From positions 18,777-82,776 of the forward strand of contig JBEKBG010000002.1 of NCBI GenBank assembly GCA_050015515.1: a stretch of DNA of 64,000 bases, written 5' to 3'. Both the position numbers and the translations under genes were made by a program. Of this stretch, positions 45,907 to 55,211 are shown in pieces; the stretch's first letter is position 1, and each line of letters starts with the position of its first letter. This stretch comes from Minisyncoccia bacterium. Lineage in GTDB: Bacteria > Patescibacteriota > Minisyncoccia > UBA6257 > 2-01-FULL-56-20. The notes under the pieces are model-generated. The model was not told the DNA's origin. It saw only the letters and a list, made by a program, of their open reading frames with translations, and ran no database searches.

Positions 45907-47040
45907 TTATCGTGCCGAACGATATCCTCCCGGTACGCCGTTCTTTGAGAGCACGACCTGCCATAGTTCGACGTTGCGTGCACGGAAGGAGCCGGCGCAG
46001 GCGAGGAGATAATATTTCCACATGCGGTAGAATGTCTCACCATACGTGGCGGCGATCTCCGGCCAATGTGCGTCAAAATTTTTGAACCATCCCATGAGCG
46101 TCTTGTCGTAATCGGCGCCGAAGTTATGCCAATCTTCCATCACGAATAAGTTTTCTATCGCGCCGCCGATCTGCGCGACCGTGGGCACGGCGCCGTTCGG
46201 GAAGATGTATTTGTCTATCCACGCGTCGGGGGTGCCGTCATTGGCGTTCGCGCCGATCGTGTGCAATAAGAACAGGCCGCCATCTTTTAAGTGATCATGC
46301 GCGACCTCCATATACTCTTTATAGTGTTTTGTCCCGACGTGCTCGAACATGCCGAGCGAGATGATGTGGTCGAATGTGCCCTCGATGTCGCGATAATCTT
46401 GCAGGAGAAACTCCACCGGCAGGCCCTTACAAAGCTCGCGGCCGAGGGCTACCTGCTCTTTTGACACCGTGACGCCCGTTACTCGCGCGCCATATTTTTC
46501 CGCGGCAAACTTTGCAAAACTTCCCCAACCGCAGCCGATGTCGAGCACGTGCTGGCCGGCCTTGAGGCCGATCTTGCGGCAGACGAGATCGAGCTTTGCC
46601 TCCTGTGCTTCGTCGAGGGTGCGTGCGGTCACCCAATAGCCGCAGGTATAGGTGAGCCGCTTATCGAGCATCCGCTCAAAGAGATTGTTGCCGATGTCGT
46701 AGTGATGTTTACCAATATCGAACGCGCGCCGTTTTGCGCCGCGGCTTTTGAATGTGGAAAGATATGCCGCAACGTTTTTGAACGATACCCGCGCTCTGTC
46801 CACAACATGCGAACGGAAAAGGTGCGCAATCAGCTCGTCGACCTGGTCGCAGTCCCAATCTCCGGCCATGTACGCCTCGCCGAACGCCAGACTGCCGCCA
46901 CGCACAAATGCTTTATAGACATTCTCGTTGTGCACGCGGATATCCCACGGGCGTTCGCCGTTTATCTTTATATCCGCCTCTGCGAGCATTTTCTCGACTA
47001 CTGCCTTTGCCTGGTCCATATGTTTATTATATGCGAACAT
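45907..47040 (-). CDS. cfa: cyclopropane-fatty-acyl-phospholipid synthase family methyltransferase
   Basis: VLDIGCGWGSFAKFAAEKYGARVTGVTVS…; full CFA-synthase length 377 aa. Confidence 0.85.
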   Translation of the reverse strand: MFAYNKHMDQAKAVVEKMLAEADIKINGERPWDIRVHNENVYKAFVRGGSLAFGEAYMAGDWDCDQVDELIAHLFRSHVVDRARVSFKNVAAYLSTFKSRGAKRRAFDIGKHHYDIGNNLFERMLDKRLTYTCGYWVTARTLDEAQEAKLDLVCRKIGLKAGQHVLDIGCGWGSFAKFAAEKYGARVTGVTVSKEQVALGRELCKGLPVEFLLQDYRDIEGTFDHIISLGMFEHVGTKHYKEYMEVAHDHLKDGGLFLLHTIGANANDGTPDAWIDKYIFPNGAVPTVAQIGGAIENLFVMEDWHNFGADYDKTLMGWFKNFDAHWPEIAATYGETFYRMWKYYLLACAGSFRARNVELWQVVLSKNGVPGGYRSAR

Positions 47041-47074
47041 GCACGCATGTTGTCAATCTGGTAAACTTATAACA

Positions 47075-49648
47075 ATGGCAGACGAATTATCACTCGACGC
47101 GCTTGCGAAGAAAACGCCCGACGAGATCTTTGCGGCGCTCAAAACCTCCGCGCGTGGGCTTTCCGCGCAAGAGGCGGCCGCGCGGCTCACGACCTACGGC
47201 CCGAACGAGTTTGCGGGTCGGAAAAAACTCCAGCCACTTTTGATATTTCTTTCCAAATTTCGGAACCCGCTGCAGATCCTGTTGATCGTCGCGGCGATCA
47301 TCTCCGGCATTTTGGGATCACACATCGAGGCGATCATCATTTTAGTGATCGTGTTCGGCAGCGCGTTCATCGATTTCTTCAATACGTATAAATCCGCACA
47401 GGCGGCGGAGGCGCTGCAGGAAAAAGTGACGATCACCGCGGCGGTGATGCGCGGCGGTGAGTTGAAAGAGCGCTCGTTGCGCGAAGTGGTGCCGGGAGAT
47501 GTTTTTACGCTGGAAGCGGGGGATCTGGTCCCCGCCGACGCGATCGTCATTGAAGCGCATGATTTGTTTTTGAACGAAGGCGTGCTGACGGGGGAATCGT
47601 TGCCGGTGGAGAAAGAGGCGGGGGTCGCGACGGGCGCGTCGGCATCGACGGGGTTCGCCGCGCGGACCATCCTCCTCGGCACCAGCGTGGTTTCCGGCAA
47701 CGGCACGGCGGTGGCGGTGCTGACGGGCGCGCACACGAGCGTAGGCAATATCGCAGACAAGCTCAAGCGCCCGGACGCACCGACAGAGTTTGAAAAGAAC
47801 CTCAAAGATTTCAGTCTGTTCATTTTCCGCACTACGTTATTTCTGGTACTCGCCGTCATCTTGCTGAATATTTTTGTGATCCGACGCGATCCGTTGCAGA
47901 TTTTCATCTTTGCAGTCGCGATCGCGGTCGGCCTCACGCCGGAGCTGTTGCCGCTCATCGTCACGAGCAATCTCGCCAAGGGCGCCATCGAGATGTCCAA
48001 AAATGGCGTCATCGTCAAGAAGCTGGCGGCGATCCACAACTTTGGTAGCGTGGATGTGCTTTGCACGGACAAGACCGGTACGCTCACGGAAGATCGCATC
48101 ACTTTGATAAAATGTGTGGACGTCATGGGCGTAGAGAGCGATGAGACGAATCTGTGGGGTTATCTGAGCAGCAAGAACTTGACCGGTGTGCGTGGCGTAC
48201 TTGACGAAGCGATAGAGGAATTTAAAAAAATAGATATCGCCGGTTGGGAAAAGGTAGATGAGATCCCGTTCGATGCCGAGCGAAAGCTGGAATCGGTGAT
48301 CGTAAAAAAAGGGAAGGATACCGTGTTAATCGCAAAGGGTGCCCCAGAAGAGATTTTAAAGATAGCGGATCATTACGACGGACATCTCAGCGTGAGCGGT
48401 AAAGCGATCAAGCCGAAAAAACTCACGCCCGCGCTCCGCGCCAAGATCAATAAAGAGTACGAGGCGCTCTCCGCCGACGGCTTCCGCGTGCTCGCGCTCG
48501 GTATAAAAGAGGTCGCGCATAAGACGACGCCGTATAGCAAAAAAGACGAGAGCGATATTTCCTTCGTCGGTTTCCTCGCATTCCTCGATCCGCCGAAAAA
48601 GAGCGCCAAGGACACGCTTGCCAAGATGGCGGCGTATCACGTGGCGATCAAGATCATCACCGGTGACAACTTTTTGGTGACGAAAAAAATCGCGGACGAG
48701 ATCGGTCTGCCGATCATCGGTGCGCTCACGGGCGATGAGATGGCAAAGATGAACGAGCACGAACTTCACGCCAAGGTGGAGACGGCGAACATCTTTACGC
48801 GTGTCAACCCGGAGCAGAAGGAACACATTATTCGCATCTTGCGCGAGAACAAGCACGTCGTGGCGTATATGGGCGACGGCGTGAACGATGTCCTCTCTAT
48901 TAAGGAGGCGGACGTTGGCATCTCCGTCAATAACGCAGTGGATATTGCCAAGGAAACGGCAGACATCATTTTGCTGCGCAAAGGACTCGGCGAAATCATC
49001 GACGGCATCGTGGAGGGCCGCAAGACGTTCGCCAACACGTTCAAATATCTGATGATGGCGCTCTCGTCAAACTTCGGCAACATGTTCAGCATGCCGATCG
49101 CGTCCGTCTTCCTGCCGTTCCTGCCGATGACCGCGCCGCAGATCTTGCTCAACAACTTTCTCTACGATTCGTCACAGCTCTCAATCCCGTTCGACAAAGT
49201 GGACCAGGATTTCCTCGCACGGCCCAAAAAATTCAACATCGCGTACATGAAGAAGTTCATGTACATCTTCGGTCCGCTGTCGTCGCTCTTTGATTTTGCC
49301 ACGTTCGGCGTTCTACTCCTTGTGCTACATACGAATGGCATGGCGTTTCAGACCGGCTGGTTCCTAGAATCCATCGCCACGCAAACGCTTGTCGTGAACA
49401 TCATCCGGAGCAAGTTTAACTTCTGGCAGAACGGGGGACCGAGCAAAGCGCTCGTCCTCGCCACGTTCGGCGCCGTCGCCGTCGGCTGGGGGATCACGTA
49501 CTCGTTCCTCGGTCCCGCGTTCGGCTTCGCGAAGTTCGGGCTGTATCCGGTGTTGCTTATCTTGGTGATCGTTGCGGCATATCTGCTACTCGTGGAGTTC
49601 GTAAAAAAGTATTTCTTTAGGAAGTATGAATATTTGATAGAGAAATAA
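47075..49648 (+). CDS. P-type ATPase, MgtA-like (Mg2+ importing)
   Basis: DKTGTLT, TGES, MGDGVNDVLS motifs; N-terminus resembles MgtA (…LSAQEAAARLTTYGPNE…); adjacent mgtC-family gene. Confidence 0.8.
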   Translation: MADELSLDALAKKTPDEIFAALKTSARGLSAQEAAARLTTYGPNEFAGRKKLQPLLIFLSKFRNPLQILLIVAAIISGILGSHIEAIIILVIVFGSAFIDFFNTYKSAQAAEALQEKVTITAAVMRGGELKERSLREVVPGDVFTLEAGDLVPADAIVIEAHDLFLNEGVLTGESLPVEKEAGVATGASASTGFAARTILLGTSVVSGNGTAVAVLTGAHTSVGNIADKLKRPDAPTEFEKNLKDFSLFIFRTTLFLVLAVILLNIFVIRRDPLQIFIFAVAIAVGLTPELLPLIVTSNLAKGAIEMSKNGVIVKKLAAIHNFGSVDVLCTDKTGTLTEDRITLIKCVDVMGVESDETNLWGYLSSKNLTGVRGVLDEAIEEFKKIDIAGWEKVDEIPFDAERKLESVIVKKGKDTVLIAKGAPEEILKIADHYDGHLSVSGKAIKPKKLTPALRAKINKEYEALSADGFRVLALGIKEVAHKTTPYSKKDESDISFVGFLAFLDPPKKSAKDTLAKMAAYHVAIKIITGDNFLVTKKIADEIGLPIIGALTGDEMAKMNEHELHAKVETANIFTRVNPEQKEHIIRILRENKHVVAYMGDGVNDVLSIKEADVGISVNNAVDIAKETADIILLRKGLGEIIDGIVEGRKTFANTFKYLMMALSSNFGNMFSMPIASVFLPFLPMTAPQILLNNFLYDSSQLSIPFDKVDQDFLARPKKFNIAYMKKFMYIFGPLSSLFDFATFGVLLLVLHTNGMAFQTGWFLESIATQTLVVNIIRSKFNFWQNGGPSKALVLATFGAVAVGWGITYSFLGPAFGFAKFGLYPVLLILVIVAAYLLLVEFVKKYFFRKYEYLIEK

Positions 49649-49720
49649 AAATACCCTAGGCATCTCGCTCCGACGTAAGCACGTCCACTCGCTCAATGCC
49701 TAGGGTATTTTTATTTCTCT
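49639..49720. repeat. long palindromic element, family 3, overlapping ATPase stop
   Basis: 25-bp arms AGAGAAATAAAAATACCCTAGGCAT / reverse complement containing GAG-AAA-TAA; core CTCGCTCCGACGTAAGCACGTCCACTCGCTCA. Confidence 0.8.
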
Positions 49721-49732
49721 CGCGGAAGCGAA

Positions 49733-49760
49733 TTGACAAATAATATGGATATTCTATTAT
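49733..49760 (+). promoter_or_regulatory. promoter TTGACA-N16-TATTAT
   Basis: TTGACA 49733-49738, TATTAT 49755-49760. Confidence 0.5.
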
Positions 49761-49766
49761 CCTCCA

Positions 49767-49975
49767 TAGTAGCGGCACTCGCGCGGGCTCATCGGGATTT
49801 CGTTCCCGTGTCAGAGCATAACCCATGTCATGCCTTGGCTGTTCTCCATCCGCCATGTGCCACCGGGTTGCCTATCGCGCACCGACCGCGCTGAGGAAGG
49901 GTAGCGGATTACAGTTTATACCTTCAAACAGAACCACACGAGATGCACTTCCGCTTTGCATCTCGTTTTAATTTT
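49767..49975 (+). ncRNA. candidate about 210-nt small RNA between mgtA-like and mgtC genes
   Basis: Bounded by consensus promoter and terminator CGAGATGCA-CTTCCGCTT-TGCATCTCG-TTTT; no ORF; convergent with mgtC-family gene. Confidence 0.3.
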
Positions 49976-49989
49976 ATGCAGGTCGAGGA

Positions 49990-50469
49990 TTATTTTTCCG
50001 TGTTCACCCCCTTCTCTAATACTTCCGAAACATTCAATTTTCGCAACAAGTAGAGCAATATCGCGAGCAGTACCGCCGCCGCGAACGCGAACTGCGTGAG
50101 CCCGATGCCGACGAGCGCGCCCACGGCCGCCGCTGTCCAGATGAGCGCCGCGGTCGTCACGCCGTGCGGCTGGTCGTTCAATTTGATGATAAGTCCTGCG
50201 CCGAGGAATCCGATGCCCACAACGATGTTTGCGATGACGGCGAAGCCGCTATTGAGCGCCGTGGCGTCCGGCAACGCGCCCTGCGTCGCCGCGGTGATGT
50301 ACGGGAGCGTGAGCGCTATCATCGCAAAGATGGAAGCGCCGCTCGTAACGAGCATCGTCGTGCGGATCCCGGCAGATTCTTTACCCACCAGCTCCCGTTC
50401 CAAGCCGAGCAGCGCGCCGAGCACGAGCGCGATCGCGAACCGCAGAAACATTTGTTCAAACGTCAACAT
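49990..50469 (-). CDS. MgtC/SapB family membrane protein
   Basis: FAIALVLGALLGLERE signature, 4 to 5 TM; 159 aa. Confidence 0.8.
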   Translation of the reverse strand: MLTFEQMFLRFAIALVLGALLGLERELVGKESAGIRTTMLVTSGASIFAMIALTLPYITAATQGALPDATALNSGFAVIANIVVGIGFLGAGLIIKLNDQPHGVTTAALIWTAAAVGALVGIGLTQFAFAAAVLLAILLYLLRKLNVSEVLEKGVNTEK

Positions 50470-50492
50470 TGTATTAATATTAGCATAACGAT

Positions 50493-51905
50493 ATGAAAGA
50501 ACGAATATATATAGCGGATTTGGCGGGCCACGTCGGTGAGGAGGTCGTCATAAAGGGTTGGGTGGATGTCCGCCGTGATCAGGGCAAGCTCATTTTTTTT
50601 GATTTCCGCGATATGAGCGGTTATGTGCAGGGCGTCGTTTTGCCGAACGCCGTCACGGCGCACGAGGTCGGCGCGAAGCTTCGCCCGGAGTGGGTGGTGG
50701 AGGTGCACGGCAAAATCAACAAGCGTCCGGATAAAAATATCCAAACGGCAAAGCAGAATGGCGATATCGAGCTCGAGATTTTATCCATCACCGTTTTGAA
50801 CGAAGCGGAAACGCCGCCGTTCGACGTCACCGGCGACGGCCGCGACATCAGCGAGGACGTTCGCTTGAAATATCGCTATCTTGATCTGCGCCGCCCACGG
50901 TTGCAGCGCAACCTTGCGTTCCGCCACCGCATCATTACGTTTATCCGCCGCTACTTGGACGAGCGGGGATTTTTGGAGATCGAGACGCCGAACCTCACTC
51001 GTTCCACCCCCGAAGGCGCGCGTGATTATCTGGTGCCGTCACGAATCCAAAACGGGAACTTTTACGCGTTGCCGCAATCGCCTCAGCAGTATAAACAACT
51101 ATTGATGGTTGCCGGCGTGGAAAAATATTTCCAGATTGCGCGCTGTTTCCGCGATGAGGATACGCGTGGCGACCGTCAGCCGGAATTTACCCAGCTCGAT
51201 ATGGAAATGAGCTTCATTGAAGAAGAGGATGTACTGCGGCTCAATGAAGAACTTTTGATAAAGCTTGTGCAAATCCTCGCGCCGGAAAAGAAAATTCAGG
51301 AGGTCCCGTTCCCGCGCATCACATACCGAGAGGCGATGAAAAAATACGGTACCGATCGGCCAGATATGCGTACCGACAAAAACGACCCGAACCTGCTCGC
51401 ATTCTGTTGGGTGATCGATTTCCCATTTTTTGAAAAGACGGAAGAGGGTGGCTGGACGTTCACCCATAATCCGTTCTCCGCGCCGAAGTCGGAGTTCATG
51501 GATGATCTGCTCGCCAAACGGAATCTCGGCGACATCCTTACCACACAGTACGACGTTGCGATGAACGGATTGGAGATCGGGGGCGGCAGTATTCGCAATC
51601 ATCAGCCGAAGGCGCTTGAGGCGGTTTTTGAGATCATGGGATTCGAAACGGATCGCATCCACAAGAACTTTGGCCATATGATCGAAGCGCTTGGGTTTGG
51701 CGCGCCGCCGCATGGCGGCATCGCGTGGGGGCTGGACCGACTCATCTCGCTCCTTGCCGCAGAGCCGAACATCCGCGAGGTCATCCCGTTCCCGAAGACC
51801 GGCGAAGGGAAGGATCCAATGATGGGATCCCCCGCGCCGGTGGACAAGAAGCAGTTGGATGAACTAGGATTGGAAATCAAGAAATCGGAAAAGAAAAATA
51901 AATAA
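50493..51905 (+). CDS. aspS: aspartyl-tRNA synthetase (short, non-GAD form)
   Basis: N-terminal OB; class II motifs FRDEDTRGDRQPEFTQLDMEMSF, GGGSIR; 470 aa. Confidence 0.88.
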   Translation: MKERIYIADLAGHVGEEVVIKGWVDVRRDQGKLIFFDFRDMSGYVQGVVLPNAVTAHEVGAKLRPEWVVEVHGKINKRPDKNIQTAKQNGDIELEILSITVLNEAETPPFDVTGDGRDISEDVRLKYRYLDLRRPRLQRNLAFRHRIITFIRRYLDERGFLEIETPNLTRSTPEGARDYLVPSRIQNGNFYALPQSPQQYKQLLMVAGVEKYFQIARCFRDEDTRGDRQPEFTQLDMEMSFIEEEDVLRLNEELLIKLVQILAPEKKIQEVPFPRITYREAMKKYGTDRPDMRTDKNDPNLLAFCWVIDFPFFEKTEEGGWTFTHNPFSAPKSEFMDDLLAKRNLGDILTTQYDVAMNGLEIGGGSIRNHQPKALEAVFEIMGFETDRIHKNFGHMIEALGFGAPPHGGIAWGLDRLISLLAAEPNIREVIPFPKTGEGKDPMMGSPAPVDKKQLDELGLEIKKSEKKNK

Positions 51906-51920
51906 TTTATAAACCTAACA

Positions 51921-53003
51921 ATGAAAGATATAGATTTTCCTATTTACAAAACAAAGTGCGAAGGCATTGCGCAAGTATACAACCTTAACGATCCTGTTCA
52001 GCGCAAGACTTATTTTGAAGCAAAACTTGGCCCTCAGGTCGCCGCCATTAAGAAGTTTCTTGAGAAAAAAGCTTTTGTTGCATTTTTGATCGGGAAAAAA
52101 AATACGGGGAAAGGTACATACTCGAAGCTTTTTATGGAAATTGTCGGCAAGGAACATGTTGGGCATTTATCGGTCGGTGATCTCGTGCGTGACGTTCACG
52201 CAGCGATTGGCGACGAAAAGAATAGGGCCGCGCTCGCGGCATTTCTCAAGGAAAACTATCGTGGGTTTAATACGATAGAAGAGATCTTTGATCTCATAGA
52301 GGGACGGAGCCAGGAAAAGCTTATGTCTTCGGAGTTGATTCTTGCGCTTATCAAATATGAAATATCCAAACGTCCAAAGCAAGCGCTTTTTATAGACGGC
52401 TTTCCTCGCGCGCTTGGTCAGATCAATTATGCCCTATTCCTCAAAGAGATTCTTGGCTATCAGGAGCATCCTGATTTCTTGGTATTTATCGACGTTCCCG
52501 AAAGCGTGATTGACGAACGTATCAAGTATCGGGTCGTTTGCCCTATTTGCAAGACACCCCGCAATACGCGGCTTCTCGCCACCAAGGATGTCGGCTATGA
52601 CGAAAAAGAAGGCAAATTCTACCTGATGTGTGATAACCCAACCTGTAACAAGGCACGGATGCTTCCGAAAGAAGGAGACGAATTGGGCATCGGACCGATT
52701 CGTGCGCGTCTTGAGGCGGACGATCAGGTGTTTCGGCAGTTGCTTGGGTTGACCGGTATACCAAAGGCGTACCTGAGGAATTCTATCCCGGTTGCCAAGG
52801 CAAAAGAGTATGTTGATGATTATGAGATCACGCCGGGTTATGAGTACAAGAAAGACCCAACTACGGGCAAGATAACGACCATTGAAAAACCTTGGGTCAT
52901 CAATGATGACAACGGCGTACCCTCTTACAGCTTATTGCCGCCGGCGGTCGTCGCGGGATTGATTGATCAGGTCGCGAAAATTTTACAGGAAAATGGATCT
53001 TGA
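51921..53003 (+). CDS. adenylate kinase-family protein, long form with Cys4 zinc LID and N/C-terminal extensions
   Basis: P-loop GKKNTGKGTYS; LID CPICKTPR…CDNPTC; about 120-aa N-terminal and about 90-aa C-terminal extensions. Confidence 0.6.
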   Translation: MKDIDFPIYKTKCEGIAQVYNLNDPVQRKTYFEAKLGPQVAAIKKFLEKKAFVAFLIGKKNTGKGTYSKLFMEIVGKEHVGHLSVGDLVRDVHAAIGDEKNRAALAAFLKENYRGFNTIEEIFDLIEGRSQEKLMSSELILALIKYEISKRPKQALFIDGFPRALGQINYALFLKEILGYQEHPDFLVFIDVPESVIDERIKYRVVCPICKTPRNTRLLATKDVGYDEKEGKFYLMCDNPTCNKARMLPKEGDELGIGPIRARLEADDQVFRQLLGLTGIPKAYLRNSIPVAKAKEYVDDYEITPGYEYKKDPTTGKITTIEKPWVINDDNGVPSYSLLPPAVVAGLIDQVAKILQENGS

Positions 53004-53478
53004 TCCACGGCTCCATTTTGTCACCGCGACCGCTGTCGTTGCACGGAAAGATGCGGACGGTGCCCTACGGTTCCTAATTGCCAAACGCGCGCCGACGGAA
53101 AAGGCGTTTCCGAACAAATGGACGTTACCCGGCGGAAAGTTGGTGCGGAGCGAATACGAATCAATTCCCTACAGCACCGCGTTCCCGCAATGGCGTAACA
53201 TGATGGACTGGCTGGTGCGGAAAGAAACATTGGAGGAAGTGAATGTGGAGGTTGAAGATATAACATATCTCACCGATCTTGTGTTCGTGCGGCCTGACGG
53301 TTATCCAGTCGTCACATTCTCGTTCTGGTGTATGTACAAATCGGGCGATGCGAAACCCGGAAAGGACCTGACAGAGGTCGCCTGGATAACGGCGGAGGAG
53401 GCGGCGAAATATGACATGATTGACGGGATCCCAGAGGAGATAATGGCGACCGCGAAGATCATTGGGCTTTCTAAATAG
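52993..53478 (+). CDS. NUDIX hydrolase
   Basis: Nudix box GGKLVRSEYES…RETLEEVNVEV. Confidence 0.75.
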   Translation: MDLDPRLHFVTATAVVARKDADGALRFLIAKRAPTEKAFPNKWTLPGGKLVRSEYESIPYSTAFPQWRNMMDWLVRKETLEEVNVEVEDITYLTDLVFVRPDGYPVVTFSFWCMYKSGDAKPGKDLTEVAWITAEEAAKYDMIDGIPEEIMATAKIIGLSK

Positions 53479-53493
53479 CTTTCATAGTCTCTT

Positions 53494-53967
53494 ATGGAAC
53501 AAACCACCCTCTGCTTTTTATTGAACGATCGCGGGGAAGTGTTGCTTGCCATGAAGAAGCGTGGATTCGGCGTCGGAAAGTGGAACGGTATCGGGGGAAA
53601 GGTACGGGAAGGGGAGGACGTCGTTGCATCGGCGATGCGGGAAATAAAGGAAGAGATTGGTGTCATGGTTTCGCCAAGTGATCTCGAACCGGTAGGGATG
53701 CTGGAGTTTACATACAGCGATAGCCATGACTGGGATCAGGTGTGCAATTTGTTTATCGCGCGGCGATGGAAGGGTGATCCGTCGGAGTCCGAGAAGATGC
53801 GACCGCAATGGTATGCCCGCACGGCAGTGCCATTCGACGCGATGTGGATCGATGACCCGCATTGGCTTCCGCTCGTCCTTGCGGGGAAAAAGATCAAAGG
53901 AAAGTTCTTATTCGAAGACAAGGGCGGCTCGCTCATTAATTTCGCCGTTTCGGAAATTCATTCTTAA
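53494..53967 (+). CDS. NUDIX hydrolase (MutT-like)
   Basis: Nudix box GGKVREGEDVVASAMREIKEEIGV. Confidence 0.8.
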   Translation: MEQTTLCFLLNDRGEVLLAMKKRGFGVGKWNGIGGKVREGEDVVASAMREIKEEIGVMVSPSDLEPVGMLEFTYSDSHDWDQVCNLFIARRWKGDPSESEKMRPQWYARTAVPFDAMWIDDPHWLPLVLAGKKIKGKFLFEDKGGSLINFAVSEIHS

Positions 53968-53979
53968 TAATCAGCGCGA

Positions 53980-54066
53980 GCAGAAACAAAATAGCAATCC
54001 TGTTTTTGACGGTCATGTTCCGACGTGGCATTTCCGTCAAAAACAGGATTGCTATTTTGTTTCTGC
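53980..54066. repeat. long palindromic element, family 2; 3' arm encodes the C-terminus and stop of the convergent RF1-like gene
   Basis: 33-bp perfect arms GCAGAAACAAAATAGCAATCCTGTTTTTGACGG / reverse complement; core TCATGTTCCGACGTGGCATTT. Confidence 0.8.
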
Positions 54067-54777
54067 GAACGCCTTCACGATCGGATCAAACTCGCCTTCC
54101 ATGATCTTCTCGATGTTGTGCCACTTTTTGCCGAGGCGGTGGTCGGTGATGCGGTCGTCGGGGAAGTTATAGGTGCGGATCTTTTCCGAGCGGTCGGCGG
54201 AGCCGATCTGGTCACGGCGATCCTGGGCGATGTTGCCGGCGGCGCGGATCTGTTCTAATTCATAGAGCTTTGCGCGCAAGACGTCCATCGCTTTCTCGCG
54301 GTTCGCGTATTGCGAGCGCTCCTCGCGCGAGGCGACGACGATGCCGGTGGGCTTGTGCAAAATACGCACCGCAGTTTCCACTTTGTTGACGTTTTGTCCG
54401 CCCGGGCCGCCCGCGCGTGAGAACGTCACCTCGAGATCGTTCGGCGAGACGTTCACTTCGCGCGCTTCCACAATCGGCAAAATTGCCACGGAGGCGGTGG
54501 AGGTATGTACGCGCCCCGCCTTTTCCGTCTTCGGGATGCGCTGCACGCGATGCACGCCCGATTCGTGCTTCAAAGCTTCGTAGCAACCCTCTCCTCTTAC
54601 CTCGGCGGTCAGGCTTTTATATCCTTGCGAATTCTCGCTCGCGTCTAGAATGGAAAAACTCCAACCTCGCCGCGCGGCGTAGCGCTGATACATGCGCGCC
54701 AGATCGCCGGCAAAAATAGAAGCTTCGTCGCCGCCGGCGCCGGCCCGTATTTCCACAATGATCTTGTTGGTGGTCAT
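54052..54777 (-). CDS. peptide chain release factor 1-like protein lacking N-terminal domain 1
   Basis: GGQ motif (…[19 protein letters not shown]…), RF1-type codon-recognition tripeptide PKT; only 241 aa; no room upstream for a domain 1. Confidence 0.7.
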   Translation of the reverse strand: MTTNKIIVEIRAGAGGDEASIFAGDLARMYQRYAARRGWSFSILDASENSQGYKSLTAEVRGEGCYEALKHESGVHRVQRIPKTEKAGRVHTSTASVAILPIVEAREVNVSPNDLEVTFSRAGGPGGQNVNKVETAVRILHKPTGIVVASREERSQYANREKAMDVLRAKLYELEQIRAAGNIAQDRRDQIGSADRSEKIRTYNFPDDRITDHRLGKKWHNIEKIMEGEFDPIVKAFAETK

Positions 54778-54821
54778 GGAAGAGGATTCGATTTTTCAGT
54801 CATTATGGTATCATATTATCA

Positions 54822-55211
54822 ATGGCAGAACAAAAACTTATCTTGATCGTCGATGATGAGCTGGCATTCCGGGAGATCTTTGGCGCCAAGTTCGCCGCCG
54901 ATGGATTCCGTATTGAGACCGCCGAGAACGGGCAGATCGGCATTGAAAAGGCAAAGGCGCTCAAGCCGGATCTGATCCTTATGGATGTGAATATGCCGGT
55001 AATGGACGGCCCTACCGCGGTGTTGAAACTCCGCGACGATCCGGAAACGAAGGGCCTGAAGGTGGTATTTCTTACCAACCTGGGCAATCCGCAGAAAGAA
55101 ATGCAAGAGTTGAACCATAAATTTTCACAGGATTTCGGTGCGCAAGGATATTTAAAAAAGACCGATGATCTTGACGCTTTGAACGAAAGAGTAAAAGCAT
55201 TTCTCGTATGA
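54822..55211 (+). CDS. single-domain response regulator receiver (CheY-like)
   Basis: LIVDDE…D(54)…K pattern; 129 aa. Confidence 0.85.
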   Translation: MAEQKLILIVDDELAFREIFGAKFAADGFRIETAENGQIGIEKAKALKPDLILMDVNMPVMDGPTAVLKLRDDPETKGLKVVFLTNLGNPQKEMQELNHKFSQDFGAQGYLKKTDDLDALNERVKAFLV

